The notes beneath the pieces are model-generated. The model did not search any database, had not been told where the DNA came from, and saw only the letters and a list, made by a program, of their open reading frames with translations. From positions 48,784-112,783 of IMG/VR virus record IMGVR_UViG_3300037067_023527: DNA of 64,000 nucleotides. One strand, written 5' to 3'. Position 1 is the first letter of the stretch. The number at the start of each line of letters is the position of its first letter. Below are positions 16,736 to 26,050 of this stretch, in pieces. The DNA is from a virus. Its lineage: Duplodnaviria > Caudoviricetes. Made by a program: the position numbers and the translations under genes.

Positions 16736-17095
16736 ATGGCTTCTTTTCCGATGGCATTAGGGCAGGCGCCTCCTCAGCCTCCGGATGTAACGGGGCAGAT
16801 GGGCGCCGGCCCGGGTCCAGGTCCAATGGGGCCCATTGCCGCACGGCAGCAAGCGGCTTCAGAAGGCCAGGCCAACCCGCACGGGGCATTGATGTCCCAG
16901 GCGAGCGCCGTAAAAGCAGTTTTGGAGCAAATGGCTGAGCTGGAAGAGGGGTTCGCTCCTTTCGCCCGGCAGGCTATTCAAGTCATTACCAATGGAGTGT
17001 CAGCTGTCAGTGCGGCTCCACCGCCTTCGGCGTTGCCTCCGGAGATGAGTCAGGCTCCTCCTGGCATTCCGGGCGCTACTCCGCCCTTGGCGTAA
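16736..17095 (+). CDS. Pro/Ala/Gln-rich head-region protein
   Basis: AAGGA RBS; composition. Confidence 0.65.
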   Translation: MASFPMALGQAPPQPPDVTGQMGAGPGPGPMGPIAARQQAASEGQANPHGALMSQASAVKAVLEQMAELEEGFAPFARQAIQVITNGVSAVSAAPPPSALPPEMSQAPPGIPGATPPLA

Positions 17096-17155
17096 GACAA
17101 ACTGATGGCATCGGGAGAATGCCAAACAAAGGACGAGTAGAAAATATGGTTTAAA

Positions 17156-18094
17156 ATGCCGCTAACACCGGAACTCGAAGCGTTGCTCGGCAAAGTTGCC
17201 GATCCGACGAAACGAGAAGGGTTGCGCAAACAATTGGAAGATCCTACCTTGCTGGATTTCGGCAAGGAATTGTCGGCCGGTTATCTGCGTCAATCCGAAT
17301 TTTCTCGAAAGATGAATGAAATAACCGAAGCCGACAATGTTCGCAGAGCCGCCTATGATAAGGGATTGGGCTGGGTAGAACAGAATCGGGCCAACTACAC
17401 CCAGGCCGTAAAAGAGCGGGAAGCCGCCATTGAAAAGGCCAAAGCCGCAGAAGCCAGAGCCGCAGAACTGGCAAAGGGATCCAATCCATCGGCAACGAAT
17501 ACTACCATCGAAGACATTAACATGTCGGATGACAACGCCGTTGCGAGAGCCATCAAAGAGGCTCGCACGGATGCTGCCAATGCCCGTCTGGAAGCTCAAC
17601 GATTAGCCGGCGTGGTAACCAAAATCAATACGATGCTGGATAGCGGGGAATTGCTTACCACAAAGCAATTCCAGGATGAAGCCGGAAAACAGCTTGAAGC
17701 TTATTCCCGTGCAACCATGGACGTTATGGGAACGATGCAGAGGGCAAAGTCTGAATTTGGCCTCGACCTTGATCGCGATGCGTTGTTGAGAGAGTCGGCA
17801 AATTACAACGGAGACCTCTCGAAAGCTTACGAAAAGCTCACATCCGATGCCCGGATGGAAAAAATCAAAAATGATATTCGGGCTGAATTGCAGAAGGAAT
17901 TTGACGCCAAACAACAGGCGACCCAGGGAAACCCCCTCGCTGCCGGCGCGCCGCCCATTATGGGGCCACTGCAGCAAATGGTTTATCAGTCTAAGAATAC
18001 TGAATCGCAGATTGATCCGAATATTCCAGCGGATGGATCGCATCGGCTTGCTCATGCGATTGCCGCTGAGCTTCGCGCTGAAGGAAAGTATTAG
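17156..18094 (+). CDS. capsid scaffolding protein (putative)
   Basis: Helical coiled coil with GYLRQSEFSRKM motif, directly upstream of capsid gene. Confidence 0.75.
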   Translation: MPLTPELEALLGKVADPTKREGLRKQLEDPTLLDFGKELSAGYLRQSEFSRKMNEITEADNVRRAAYDKGLGWVEQNRANYTQAVKEREAAIEKAKAAEARAAELAKGSNPSATNTTIEDINMSDDNAVARAIKEARTDAANARLEAQRLAGVVTKINTMLDSGELLTTKQFQDEAGKQLEAYSRATMDVMGTMQRAKSEFGLDLDRDALLRESANYNGDLSKAYEKLTSDARMEKIKNDIRAELQKEFDAKQQATQGNPLAAGAPPIMGPLQQMVYQSKNTESQIDPNIPADGSHRLAHAIAAELRAEGKY

Positions 18095-18102
18095 CAGTCT
18101 CA

Positions 18103-18249
18103 ACCCGATCGGGGAAGGCTCCCCCGATCGGGGCACCGCCGGTCGACCGGAGCCACAATGGAAGCCCACGGGCGGAACCAGAGTGGAAGGTAGCGACAAA
18201 CAAGGTGAGTGCACAGTAAGAGCCAATTAAGTGCATTTACGGTGTTTGT
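18103..18249 (+). promoter_or_regulatory. structured 5' leader of the capsid gene
   Basis: CCGATCGGGG/CCCCGATCGG hairpin and a long ACAAACA..GTGCAC/GTGCAT..TGTTTGT hairpin. Confidence 0.45.
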
Positions 18250-18273
18250 TCAACTTAACTCAAGGAGAGTCAA

Positions 18274-18288
18274 ATGCTTACGTGGGAT
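18274..18288 (+). CDS. major capsid protein exon 1 (MLTWD)
   Basis: AAGGAG RBS; ends in U within the P1 helix; joins in frame to GAC at 18974. Confidence 0.85.
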
Positions 18289-18973
18289 TAAAATTGAGTA
18301 TGGTCCCACTCAAACTTCGCTATATGCTGGAACAGCCTAAAGCCAAGGATGCCAATGAGCGAAAATTCCGAGGATAAGACAATGGCCAATCAGCAGGAAA
18401 CAGATATAGCATGGCTTGCAGGTATCTTCGATGGAGAAGGTACGATATCGGTGACAAAGAACAATGGGACAAAAAATCCCGAATGGAATTGCCGGAAAAC
18501 AGATATGGCTATAGGGAACGGTGACGAGAGAATTATTTTGAGGGCAGTACAAATATTAGAATCTCTCGGAATCCGTCCATATTTGACATGTGCTGAGCCG
18601 GCAAGTCACCAGAGGCTAAAACGGTGGAGAATTGGCGTTACCAAAAGAGCTGATGTAAGAAGGCTCACAGAGTTGCTTATTCCCCAACTGACGGCCAAAA
18701 AAGAACAAGCCATTTTATTGAATCGGTATGTGACCTCAAGGATCGAACGTGAAGAGAAGTTAGGGATGACACGTAAGAATCCGGTTTCTTTGGATGAAGT
18801 ATCTTTGGGGAATCAAATACTAGACTTCAATAATCCACTATCTGGCCCCTCACAGACTGCACGCGAAGACGCAAGAAATAGCTTGCGGATGATACAGTCG
18901 GGCCTCATGTGAAAGCATGAGAGGTCAGCAGAAATGACTGGCCCCTTCGCTCGCGCGAAGAGTAACAAAAGCG
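18289..18973 (+). mobile_element. group I self-splicing intron (685 nt) in the major capsid gene
   Basis: P1 GTGGGAT/GTCCCAC with U-G at splice site; P3 CTTCGC/GCGAAG; P4 TGCTG/CAGCA; P7 GACTG/CAGTC; P8 CGCAAG/CTTGCG; P9 hairpins; terminal G. Confidence 0.92.
18382..18912 (+). CDS. intron-encoded single-motif LAGLIDADG homing endonuclease
   Basis: AWLAGIFDGEGTISV and LTAKKEQA; GAGGA RBS before ATG 18382 (ORF track start 18349). Confidence 0.88.
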   Translation: MANQQETDIAWLAGIFDGEGTISVTKNNGTKNPEWNCRKTDMAIGNGDERIILRAVQILESLGIRPYLTCAEPASHQRLKRWRIGVTKRADVRRLTELLIPQLTAKKEQAILLNRYVTSRIEREEKLGMTRKNPVSLDEVSLGNQILDFNNPLSGPSQTAREDARNSLRMIQSGLM

Positions 18974-19927
18974 GACATAACTGGAAAAGTCCAGCGGCAT
19001 ATTATCCCTCGGTTGATCGATGTCGTTTATAAATCGTCACCCGTCTTCACCCGTCTTCGGACACGGTGCGCGGAGCGATTTGAGGGCGGCACCAAGATCA
19101 GCCAACCGATCGGATATGCCGAGCTGAATGGAGACGCGTACAAACGCGGCGGTCAGTTCAAAACTGAGTACGTCCAAACCGATACCAACATTGAGGTCGC
19201 GCCAAAGTTTTACTATGTCACGATCTCTGCCTATGGACCGGACAATGTTCTGGCTCGTGGGCCCGAAGCCGCAATGTCTTACATCGAATCCAAATTTGTG
19301 AATGCTTCTGGAAAAATGGCCAAACTCCTGGCCCAGAACATGTATCGGGATGGAACTGGCGTTGTATCCGATACCATTCACGTCGATGGATTCCTGGCTG
19401 CACTGGACAATGGTTTGACCTACGGGTCCTATGCAGGAGTGGATCGTAGCGATCTCGGTATCGCGGACGGCACCAACAACCAGGGGATTAACGCGTATGT
19501 TAATACCCTGTCGACCTTCACCATGAAGGGCATGCAGACCGCCTATGGAGCTTCTTACATGGGCAACGAGCATGTGGATATGATCGCGACCACTCAGGAT
19601 TGCTGGAACCTGATTTACAACAAAATTCTCCCGCAGCAACGATTCGAGGCGACGGGCGAAGATGTTGCCAAAATCGGTTTTCAGGCTCTTCGGTGGAATG
19701 GAGTCACCATCGTGGTCGACCAGTATTGCCCGGCCGGCTACATCTGGGGGCTCAACACGAATTACATCCAGTTCTGGGTTTCCACTCTTCCGCGTTACCA
19801 GTTCGGCTGGACCGGTTGGAAAGAGGCGCAGGGCACAGATGACATGGTCGGACAGTATTTGTGGAGTGGCAACTATCTGGTTACCAACCCACGCATGATG
19901 TTCCAATTGAACGGAGTTACGGCCTAA
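18974..19927 (+). CDS. major capsid protein exon 2 (spliced product 322 aa)
   Basis: DITGKVQRHIIPRLIDVVYKSSPVFTRL..; follows scaffold; no good RBS/start of its own. Confidence 0.87.
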   Translation, partial: DITGKVQRHIIPRLIDVVYKSSPVFTRLRTRCAERFEGGTKISQPIGYAELNGDAYKRGGQFKTEYVQTDTNIEVAPKFYYVTISAYGPDNVLARGPEAAMSYIESKFVNASGKMAKLLAQNMYRDGTGVVSDTIHVDGFLAALDNGLTYGSYAGVDRSDLGIADGTNNQGINAYVNTLSTFTMKGMQTAYGASYMGNEHVDMIATTQDCWNLIYNKILPQQRFEATGEDVAKIGFQALRWNGVTIVVDQYCPAGYIWGLNTNYIQFWVSTLPRYQFGWTGWKEAQGTDDMVGQYLWSGNYLVTNPRMMFQLNGVTA

Positions 19928-19954
19928 ATTCAACAATCTGGAAGGAGTAATGTC

Positions 19955-20476
19955 ATGGGAGAGCAGTTGCTTTATGGTCCCAACCAGGTTGCTGAGTTTC
20001 CGCAATCTGGACCTGCTTATGCAAACGATGCGTCCGCTATTAACGTCCCGGGCCGCATCATCCAGTACAAGGGCAAGTTATACCGGTACGTCAAATTCGA
20101 TAACGGCGCTGGCGATGTAGATGCTGTCGCCGGCGGAGTTGCGCACTGGAAAACTTTGGATCCCGACACTGGGTCATTCGTTGTCACCAGCGATTATGAT
20201 GATTCCATTGGCGGAAAGAATTCCGTCGCTGGAGTTTTCGAAGTCGCGGGTGTAACGCATGGTTATTACACCTGGATCGTTGTCGGAGGAGTTCAGCACA
20301 CTAAGGTGGCTGCGGCTACAGTTGCAGGCGATCGCTTGATTGCCGGCACAACCGACATGCAATTCGAACGCATTGCCACTACCGTGGCGCCCACCGAGAA
20401 TGTTTACGGTGTCGCTCTGGATGCCTATGATACTTCAGGGTACGCTCGCGTTCTCTTGCAGAATCTTGACTGGTAA
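19955..20476 (+). CDS. capsid decoration/cement protein (putative)
   Basis: Follows capsid gene; GKLYRYVKF, YYTWIVVGG beta-rich pattern. Confidence 0.65.
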   Translation: MGEQLLYGPNQVAEFPQSGPAYANDASAINVPGRIIQYKGKLYRYVKFDNGAGDVDAVAGGVAHWKTLDPDTGSFVVTSDYDDSIGGKNSVAGVFEVAGVTHGYYTWIVVGGVQHTKVAAATVAGDRLIAGTTDMQFERIATTVAPTENVYGVALDAYDTSGYARVLLQNLDW

Positions 20477-20490
20477 TAAGGAGGCCAGAG

Positions 20491-20745
20491 ATGGGTGCTG
20501 TTACGATTACCAAAGATAACGAGGCTGTCGGCCAGGGCAATTCGCCCTGCAAACGCTGCACAGCCTCATCTATAACCGATGGCGATACCCTGGAATCTGG
20601 ATTCAGCAAGGTCAACCAGGTATTTGCCAGCGGTCTCGGAGAAACCCAGGCGATCGCCTGGACGCAGAGCGACGGCACGATCACCTTCACGGTCACCGCC
20701 GGGCCTGCAACCAATATCGACCTGTTGATCTTCGGGGAATTCTAA
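20491..20745 (+). CDS. small virion protein (putative)
   Basis: AAGGAGG RBS; beta-rich. Confidence 0.6.
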   Translation: MGAVTITKDNEAVGQGNSPCKRCTASSITDGDTLESGFSKVNQVFASGLGETQAIAWTQSDGTITFTVTAGPATNIDLLIFGEF

Positions 20746-20807
20746 TCTGCCGTTGCGTCCCGGGTTCGGCATCTGATTGACGCCGGCCCGGGATTGCAAG
20801 AACAAGG

Positions 20808-21989
20808 ATGACAATGAACGAATATATCGGCCCTATCCAGCCGTTTACCGGCGCGATGGCTCAGGAGAATTTTGGGCAGATGATCGATCATGTCATTTCC
20901 TGGAATAGTAAAATCCCTTCGCAACTCGTTAAGCGCCGAATAAACCTGCATCTTAGAGAAATCCAAGGCTTGCGCACATGGGCAGGTCTTTTTGTGCGTG
21001 GGGAGTTTAGAATCCACGCCGCTTACACGACAGGAACTATCGCAGCCACGCCTGGATCTGACATCATTACAGGAACAACAACCGCATGGCCATATCGAGA
21101 TTCAGTCAATACGACTCTCTCGGTGGACGTGACGGTGGCCAACGAACTGCAGGACGTGACTCCTGTCTTGATGACCAATATCGAAATGGGGGACTGGATT
21201 CTTATTGGCGAGGGAACGGCCAACGAGGAGTTTGTCCTGGTTCATTCGGTGACCTCTACGACATTCCAGGCGAGGCCGACCAAGGTCCATTCCGCTGGAG
21301 AAACCATTACAAAAAGCTCATATATCGGCCGGGCGATGCGCGTGGGATACCGGAAAAGCATGTATCCCATTATAGGGATTACTTCCGATCAGCGCATGAA
21401 AATAGACTGCCCTTACTCGCATGACGCCGAAACCGCCCAGACCTACCAGATCGTTGAGCCGTACATAACGATGCCTCCAGGACTGAAAGTCGTTTGGTCG
21501 ATCGTAAACATGAATCAGGGCTGGGCGATAAAGGCGTATCTCCCCCAGGAGGTTGTGCAACGCTATGACGCTTGGCGCGCCGCCCAGGGCTGGCCTTCTT
21601 TAATGCTAAATTTCACACCAGACCATATTGGCCGGATTAGATACGAACTATATCCCACCCCGACAGTCGATCAATCCATTCCATTCATAGCCTCCAGGAT
21701 AATTCCCAATTTGACTGATGATGAGGATTGCCCGCCTACCTGCATCCCCAGCGGAATTATCGTCAATCACACCCTGGCCGACGCATTGCTGCACGACCGC
21801 AAGAGCGAATATTACGACCCGACGGCATCCAGGGAATTCCGCAACCAGGCCCAGATCGCAATGAACGGCGCCATTCTCGATGATGACAATGTTTATATGC
21901 AGAACCTGGAATGGATAATTTCGCGCTATAATCTAGTTGCGCCAGGCAGCGATTTCTGGCAATCCCACGACGAAGGCTATTTTTTATGA
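20808..21989 (+). CDS. head-tail adaptor-like protein with internal beta-rich insertion
   Basis: Helical N-terminus; ELYPTP..LTDDEDCP; position. Confidence 0.6.
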   Translation: MTMNEYIGPIQPFTGAMAQENFGQMIDHVISWNSKIPSQLVKRRINLHLREIQGLRTWAGLFVRGEFRIHAAYTTGTIAATPGSDIITGTTTAWPYRDSVNTTLSVDVTVANELQDVTPVLMTNIEMGDWILIGEGTANEEFVLVHSVTSTTFQARPTKVHSAGETITKSSYIGRAMRVGYRKSMYPIIGITSDQRMKIDCPYSHDAETAQTYQIVEPYITMPPGLKVVWSIVNMNQGWAIKAYLPQEVVQRYDAWRAAQGWPSLMLNFTPDHIGRIRYELYPTPTVDQSIPFIASRIIPNLTDDEDCPPTCIPSGIIVNHTLADALLHDRKSEYYDPTASREFRNQAQIAMNGAILDDDNVYMQNLEWIISRYNLVAPGSDFWQSHDEGYFL

Positions 21990-22654
21990 TCTCCTGTCCC
22001 AAAGTCCTAGTTACCATTCCTGTTTATCAATCCGTAGAAGCCCTTCCCTACATGACGCATCTATTATTTTCTCAACAGACCGGGAAGGCTGAGGCGATGG
22101 GAAAATACAAGGTGCGCTTTAATGTGGGCGGCCCAGGGGTAAGATGCCCTCTTGTCCGGAATGGAGGCGTCGAAATCGCACTTACTGGTGGAGGGGATTT
22201 CCTGTTCTTTGTCGACGATGACATGCTTATCCAACCAGATATCCTGGAAAGACTTCTGGAAATAGACAAGCCAATCGCAACTCCAATCTTCTTTAGATCC
22301 GGGGGAAACAACGCCCCTCTCGTCTATGACATTGATTCATCGACCGGGGAACCGGTCAACATGACCAATTACCCTGTCGATCAGGTGTTCGAGGCGCCCG
22401 GAGGCTGTGGCACGGGAGTAATGCTTATTAAGAGAGAGGTCTTCGAAGCCCTCGACGCCCCATATTTTTATTATCCGCAGGATACCCGGTACGGCATGGA
22501 TCTATTGTTTTGCCGAAGAGCTCGAGAGAAAGGATTCGCTACTTATTGCGATAGCCGGATCCTGGTTGAGCAGATGGATAACCCGCAGCCGGTCGGCCGG
22601 CGGCAATGGACCGAAAGGAAGCTTAGAAATGAACAATCCAAAGGCTCAGTTTAA
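21986..22654 (+). CDS. glycosyltransferase, GT-A fold / family 2-like
   Basis: VLVTIPVY, DFLFFVDDDM (DxD), GTGVMLIKREVF, GMDLLFC. Confidence 0.85.
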   Translation: MISCPKVLVTIPVYQSVEALPYMTHLLFSQQTGKAEAMGKYKVRFNVGGPGVRCPLVRNGGVEIALTGGGDFLFFVDDDMLIQPDILERLLEIDKPIATPIFFRSGGNNAPLVYDIDSSTGEPVNMTNYPVDQVFEAPGGCGTGVMLIKREVFEALDAPYFYYPQDTRYGMDLLFCRRAREKGFATYCDSRILVEQMDNPQPVGRRQWTERKLRNEQSKGSV

Positions 22655-22805
22655 CATCCCGACTGACTCAGGACCTGTACCTCGTAAAGGCTCTCCGGCC
22701 GGAGAAGGGTTGCCGCCTTTCCCAAAGGACAATCAGCCCAAAGAACGCACAATTGAATTCGAATATCCTCCCTCGGTCAATTCTAAACCCGGGAAAAGTG
22801 AATAA
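22629..22805 (+). CDS. small Pro-rich hypothetical protein
   Basis: AAGGA RBS. Confidence 0.45.
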   Translation: MNNPKAQFNIPTDSGPVPRKGSPAGEGLPPFPKDNQPKERTIEFEYPPSVNSKPGKSE

Positions 22806-22859
22806 TCTCACTGTCGCTTGACATCCCTCCGTTAACATAGTTGTCGGGAGGGAATAGAA

Positions 22860-23174
22860 ATGTTTATTTTTCTTGAAAAGATTTTGGCAGGAGACACCGC
22901 GGAACCGCTCAGCGCAACATCATTAAAAGTCAGCCTAGCCCTTGTCCAGGTGAAGAGAACGAATTCCCACGCAATAGAAATCGCCCCCAAGGATGTTAAT
23001 GGAAATCTTCCCACAACGGGAAAGGCTCACGAATTGATTAAACCAGTGGCTGATGAGCAATTGGTAGATTACGAGATCAGTCCTACGGGAGATCAAAACG
23101 TCGAAGATCTTTCCGAGTGGTACATTCTTGGAACTGCAGGGGAAGGGGTGAACATAGTCTACGAGGTATTTTAA
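22860..23174 (+). CDS. virion-region hypothetical protein
   Basis: GGGAGG RBS. Confidence 0.6.
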   Translation: MFIFLEKILAGDTAEPLSATSLKVSLALVQVKRTNSHAIEIAPKDVNGNLPTTGKAHELIKPVADEQLVDYEISPTGDQNVEDLSEWYILGTAGEGVNIVYEVF

Positions 23175-23175
23175 A

Positions 23176-24876
23176 ATGGGACACCTTAGAATTGGCAAAA
23201 GACCAGGTCCTCAGGGACTATCCGCTTCCAGCAGTCCATCATTTGCCGGAATCACGATCGGGGGCATCCTAACCACTGGCGTCAGACAAAAACTTGCAGC
23301 CAATGCCAGTTATTATGTCCGGACAGATGGAAGTGATTCCAATGACGGAAGCGCAAATAATTCTGGCCATGCCTGGCTGACAATCCAGCACGGCATCGAT
23401 TATATTCGTGAATTCATAGACCCCGCTGGTCACGATGTCACGATTTATGTTGCTGATGGAACATACAGCGCCGATTATCCGATAATCCTCATGAATTCGA
23501 TTCCGCACATGGGGAAATTCTCCATTATCGGAAACTCAACCAATCCGGAAAATGTTGTCATTTCCGCGGTCTATGACTGCATTGCTGTGTTTGGATGGTG
23601 GAATGGCAAAATAGCCCTGGATGCCAAGGGACAACTTTATTTTGGCGGCATGAAACTGGTTGCCGGCATCGGGAACCGACCATGCATTTATGCCGAAAGC
23701 TCTTGGGTAACCTTCGGCAATATAGACTTTGGGGCGTCAAATTACACTCACATCCGATCGGTCAGGGGATCAGTCGTATATGCCGTTGAGGATTACAAAA
23801 TCTCAGCTGATGCTCCGATGCACATGGATGCAGAATATTTCGGCCAGATCATTCCTTTCAGTCCTCCCGTTACCGTAACCATAGTGGGAACCAGGAATTT
23901 CTCAAGCGGTTTTGCCTACGTTGCAACGAATGGAATTGTAGACACCACTGGCACGATTTGGTCAGGATCGGCCACGGGAGTTCGCTATGTGTCCGACAAA
24001 AATTCGACCATTTGGACCGGAGACGGAAGCGAACTGAGTCTTCCTGGTAACGCCGCTGGCATCAAGGCCGCGGGGGGGACCTACAACGGATATCCGGAAA
24101 GAGAAATCCTTAGGGCAGCGAGAACTTATTATGTTCGAACGGATGGGAACGACACCAATAATGGACTGGCGAACACCGCCGCCGGAGCGTTCCTGACAAT
24201 TCAAGCCGCTGTAAATAAAATATTGAGTAGCCTGGACTTTGATGGATACGACGTTACTATTCAAGTAGGGGATGGAACGTACACCGCTGGGGCTGTGGTC
24301 AGGGGATACACGACCAATATAGGACGTTTGACGATCAAAGGGAATACTGGGACGCCGGCGAACGTTCTGATAAATCTCACAAGCGCCGATGGTTTTCATG
24401 CAGTCGACAATTACGATTGCCCTGTTAACGTAAAAGACATGAAGATCGTCACAGGGACAAGTGGCACCGCTCTCAGAGCGACAAATGGCATATTGAGATT
24501 CGCAAATATAGAATTCGGCGCCGCGGCAACCTATCACTTGTATGCCTTAAATGGAGGAATCATTGAGGCTACTGGCAATTATGCTGTTAGCGGTGGGGCC
24601 TTGGCGCATGGCTATGCCAATAATTGCGGGAAAATATTCCTGAGTGGAAGAACGATCACTTTTAGCAATACTCCGGCATTTAGTTCCTGGACATTTGGAT
24701 CGCGGACGGGCTCAACAATCACTGCATCGTCAATGACATTCACGAATGGAAACACTGTAACGGGTACACGATATTACGTTGACAAAGTTTCCCTTATCGA
24801 CAGTGATGGCGGCGGAGATAATTATCTTCCAGGCAATGCAGGCGGATCGTTTGCAACTGGTGGCGTTTATTCATAG
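23176..24876 (+). CDS. tail fiber/spike-like protein with two tandem ~272-aa beta-rich repeats
   Basis: YYVRTDGxDxNxG..LTIQ..DVTIxVxDGTY at 23311 and 24127; both repeats end LPGNA.G..GG.Y. Confidence 0.75.
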   Translation: MGHLRIGKRPGPQGLSASSSPSFAGITIGGILTTGVRQKLAANASYYVRTDGSDSNDGSANNSGHAWLTIQHGIDYIREFIDPAGHDVTIYVADGTYSADYPIILMNSIPHMGKFSIIGNSTNPENVVISAVYDCIAVFGWWNGKIALDAKGQLYFGGMKLVAGIGNRPCIYAESSWVTFGNIDFGASNYTHIRSVRGSVVYAVEDYKISADAPMHMDAEYFGQIIPFSPPVTVTIVGTRNFSSGFAYVATNGIVDTTGTIWSGSATGVRYVSDKNSTIWTGDGSELSLPGNAAGIKAAGGTYNGYPEREILRAARTYYVRTDGNDTNNGLANTAAGAFLTIQAAVNKILSSLDFDGYDVTIQVGDGTYTAGAVVRGYTTNIGRLTIKGNTGTPANVLINLTSADGFHAVDNYDCPVNVKDMKIVTGTSGTALRATNGILRFANIEFGAAATYHLYALNGGIIEATGNYAVSGGALAHGYANNCGKIFLSGRTITFSNTPAFSSWTFGSRTGSTITASSMTFTNGNTVTGTRYYVDKVSLIDSDGGGDNYLPGNAGGSFATGGVYS

Positions 24877-24885
24877 GGGTGTGTA

Positions 24886-25272
24886 ATGGCGCGAATAGCC
24901 TATATCACCAATGCCGGGTTGTCCATTCTGGCCAATCGTCTTAAGGGAGTGGGGAACGAACCGGTCTATTTTGCATGGGGCACCGGAGCGGGGAATGCCT
25001 CTCCCACGAGTACGCAATTGTTTACAGAGGCCTCCGAGGCTCGTCCAGTCATGGTGAGCCAAATTGTCACCGTTACCGCAGTCGGGGATGGATACCAGCT
25101 CACGGGCGCCATTGTCGCGGATGCGAATAAAACCATTACGAATTGGGGCGTGTTTGATGCCGCAAGTGGCGGCAATCTTCTTATTCATGAATCGTCCAAT
25201 CCAGGAGAGGCGTACACGCTTGGACAAATTGGAGCGTTTTTGTTCCGCCTCCAATTCATCAGAGGAACATAA
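24886..25272 (+). CDS. tail-associated protein
   Basis: ITNAG..YFAWGTG..ITNWGVFDAASGGNL. Confidence 0.7.
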   Translation: MARIAYITNAGLSILANRLKGVGNEPVYFAWGTGAGNASPTSTQLFTEASEARPVMVSQIVTVTAVGDGYQLTGAIVADANKTITNWGVFDAASGGNLLIHESSNPGEAYTLGQIGAFLFRLQFIRGT

Positions 25273-25274
25273 AA

Positions 25275-26048
25275 ATGTCTATTCCGCAATTTCTTGCTGG
25301 AAGCTTCAGATATTTATCCACGGCGGCCGTTACGGACGTCCAAACTATCATAGATGATCTCTATACCGAGCTGATCGCCAATGGTTGGACATGCACCGTT
25401 GGAGGAAGCGGCCTATCCCCGAGCACGTTTCTTTCCCCTGTCAGAGCGGATCAGATCAGAATAACACTCACTCTGACGCGGGCCTCTGCGACCGCGCTCA
25501 CCATCGATATGCTCGATGATGCCGGATTGGCAATCACTGCGGCGTCTGTAACCTTGAACGTCGACGCAGGAGGGAACACTGTAAAGTATTCCACTGGTCC
25601 ATTGCATTGCTATATCCTCAGTGAAAAATCGACAGCGGTGCACTTTTTCAGGGGCGGAGTTCTGGATAATTATCCTGCAGCCTCTCTGGTTTCTCCACGT
25701 CCGATATATTTTGCCAGCAAAACCCTGAATAACTTCTATGAATATTATCTCTACGATCCAAGCACAGGAGCTTATGTCAATAACCAGGGGGGGATTCAGC
25801 GTTCACTGAATTGGTCGGATATCGCTGACTTCCAGGCTTTAAGCGGATCATATATGTTTGCTCCGCTGGAGGTCATGATTAAAGACACAAACCAATTATG
25901 CGGCAGACTTCCTCATTGTCTTGTGACTGGAGATATTACAGAAGGAACCGAGCTCACCGTACCAATCGATTCCGGCGTGACCGCAGTGTTTATTGTTGCC
26001 ATGACCTCTGACACATATGGGGTTAAACCTATGATGAGAAAGGCATAA
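25275..26048 (+). CDS. tail-associated protein, paralog A
   Basis: VTDVQTIIDD and GTELTVPIDSGVT shared with next gene. Confidence 0.65.
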   Translation: MSIPQFLAGSFRYLSTAAVTDVQTIIDDLYTELIANGWTCTVGGSGLSPSTFLSPVRADQIRITLTLTRASATALTIDMLDDAGLAITAASVTLNVDAGGNTVKYSTGPLHCYILSEKSTAVHFFRGGVLDNYPAASLVSPRPIYFASKTLNNFYEYYLYDPSTGAYVNNQGGIQRSLNWSDIADFQALSGSYMFAPLEVMIKDTNQLCGRLPHCLVTGDITEGTELTVPIDSGVTAVFIVAMTSDTYGVKPMMRKA

Positions 26049-26050
26049 GC

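Noticed and set aside
19013-19927. Capsid protein starting at TTG 19013
   Set aside because: No RBS; the spliced start at 18274 has a strong SD and full intron structure
20757-20797. Hairpin after the capsid accessory genes as a terminator
   Set aside because: Stable stem (TCCCGGG/CCCGGGA) but no U-tract; function unassigned
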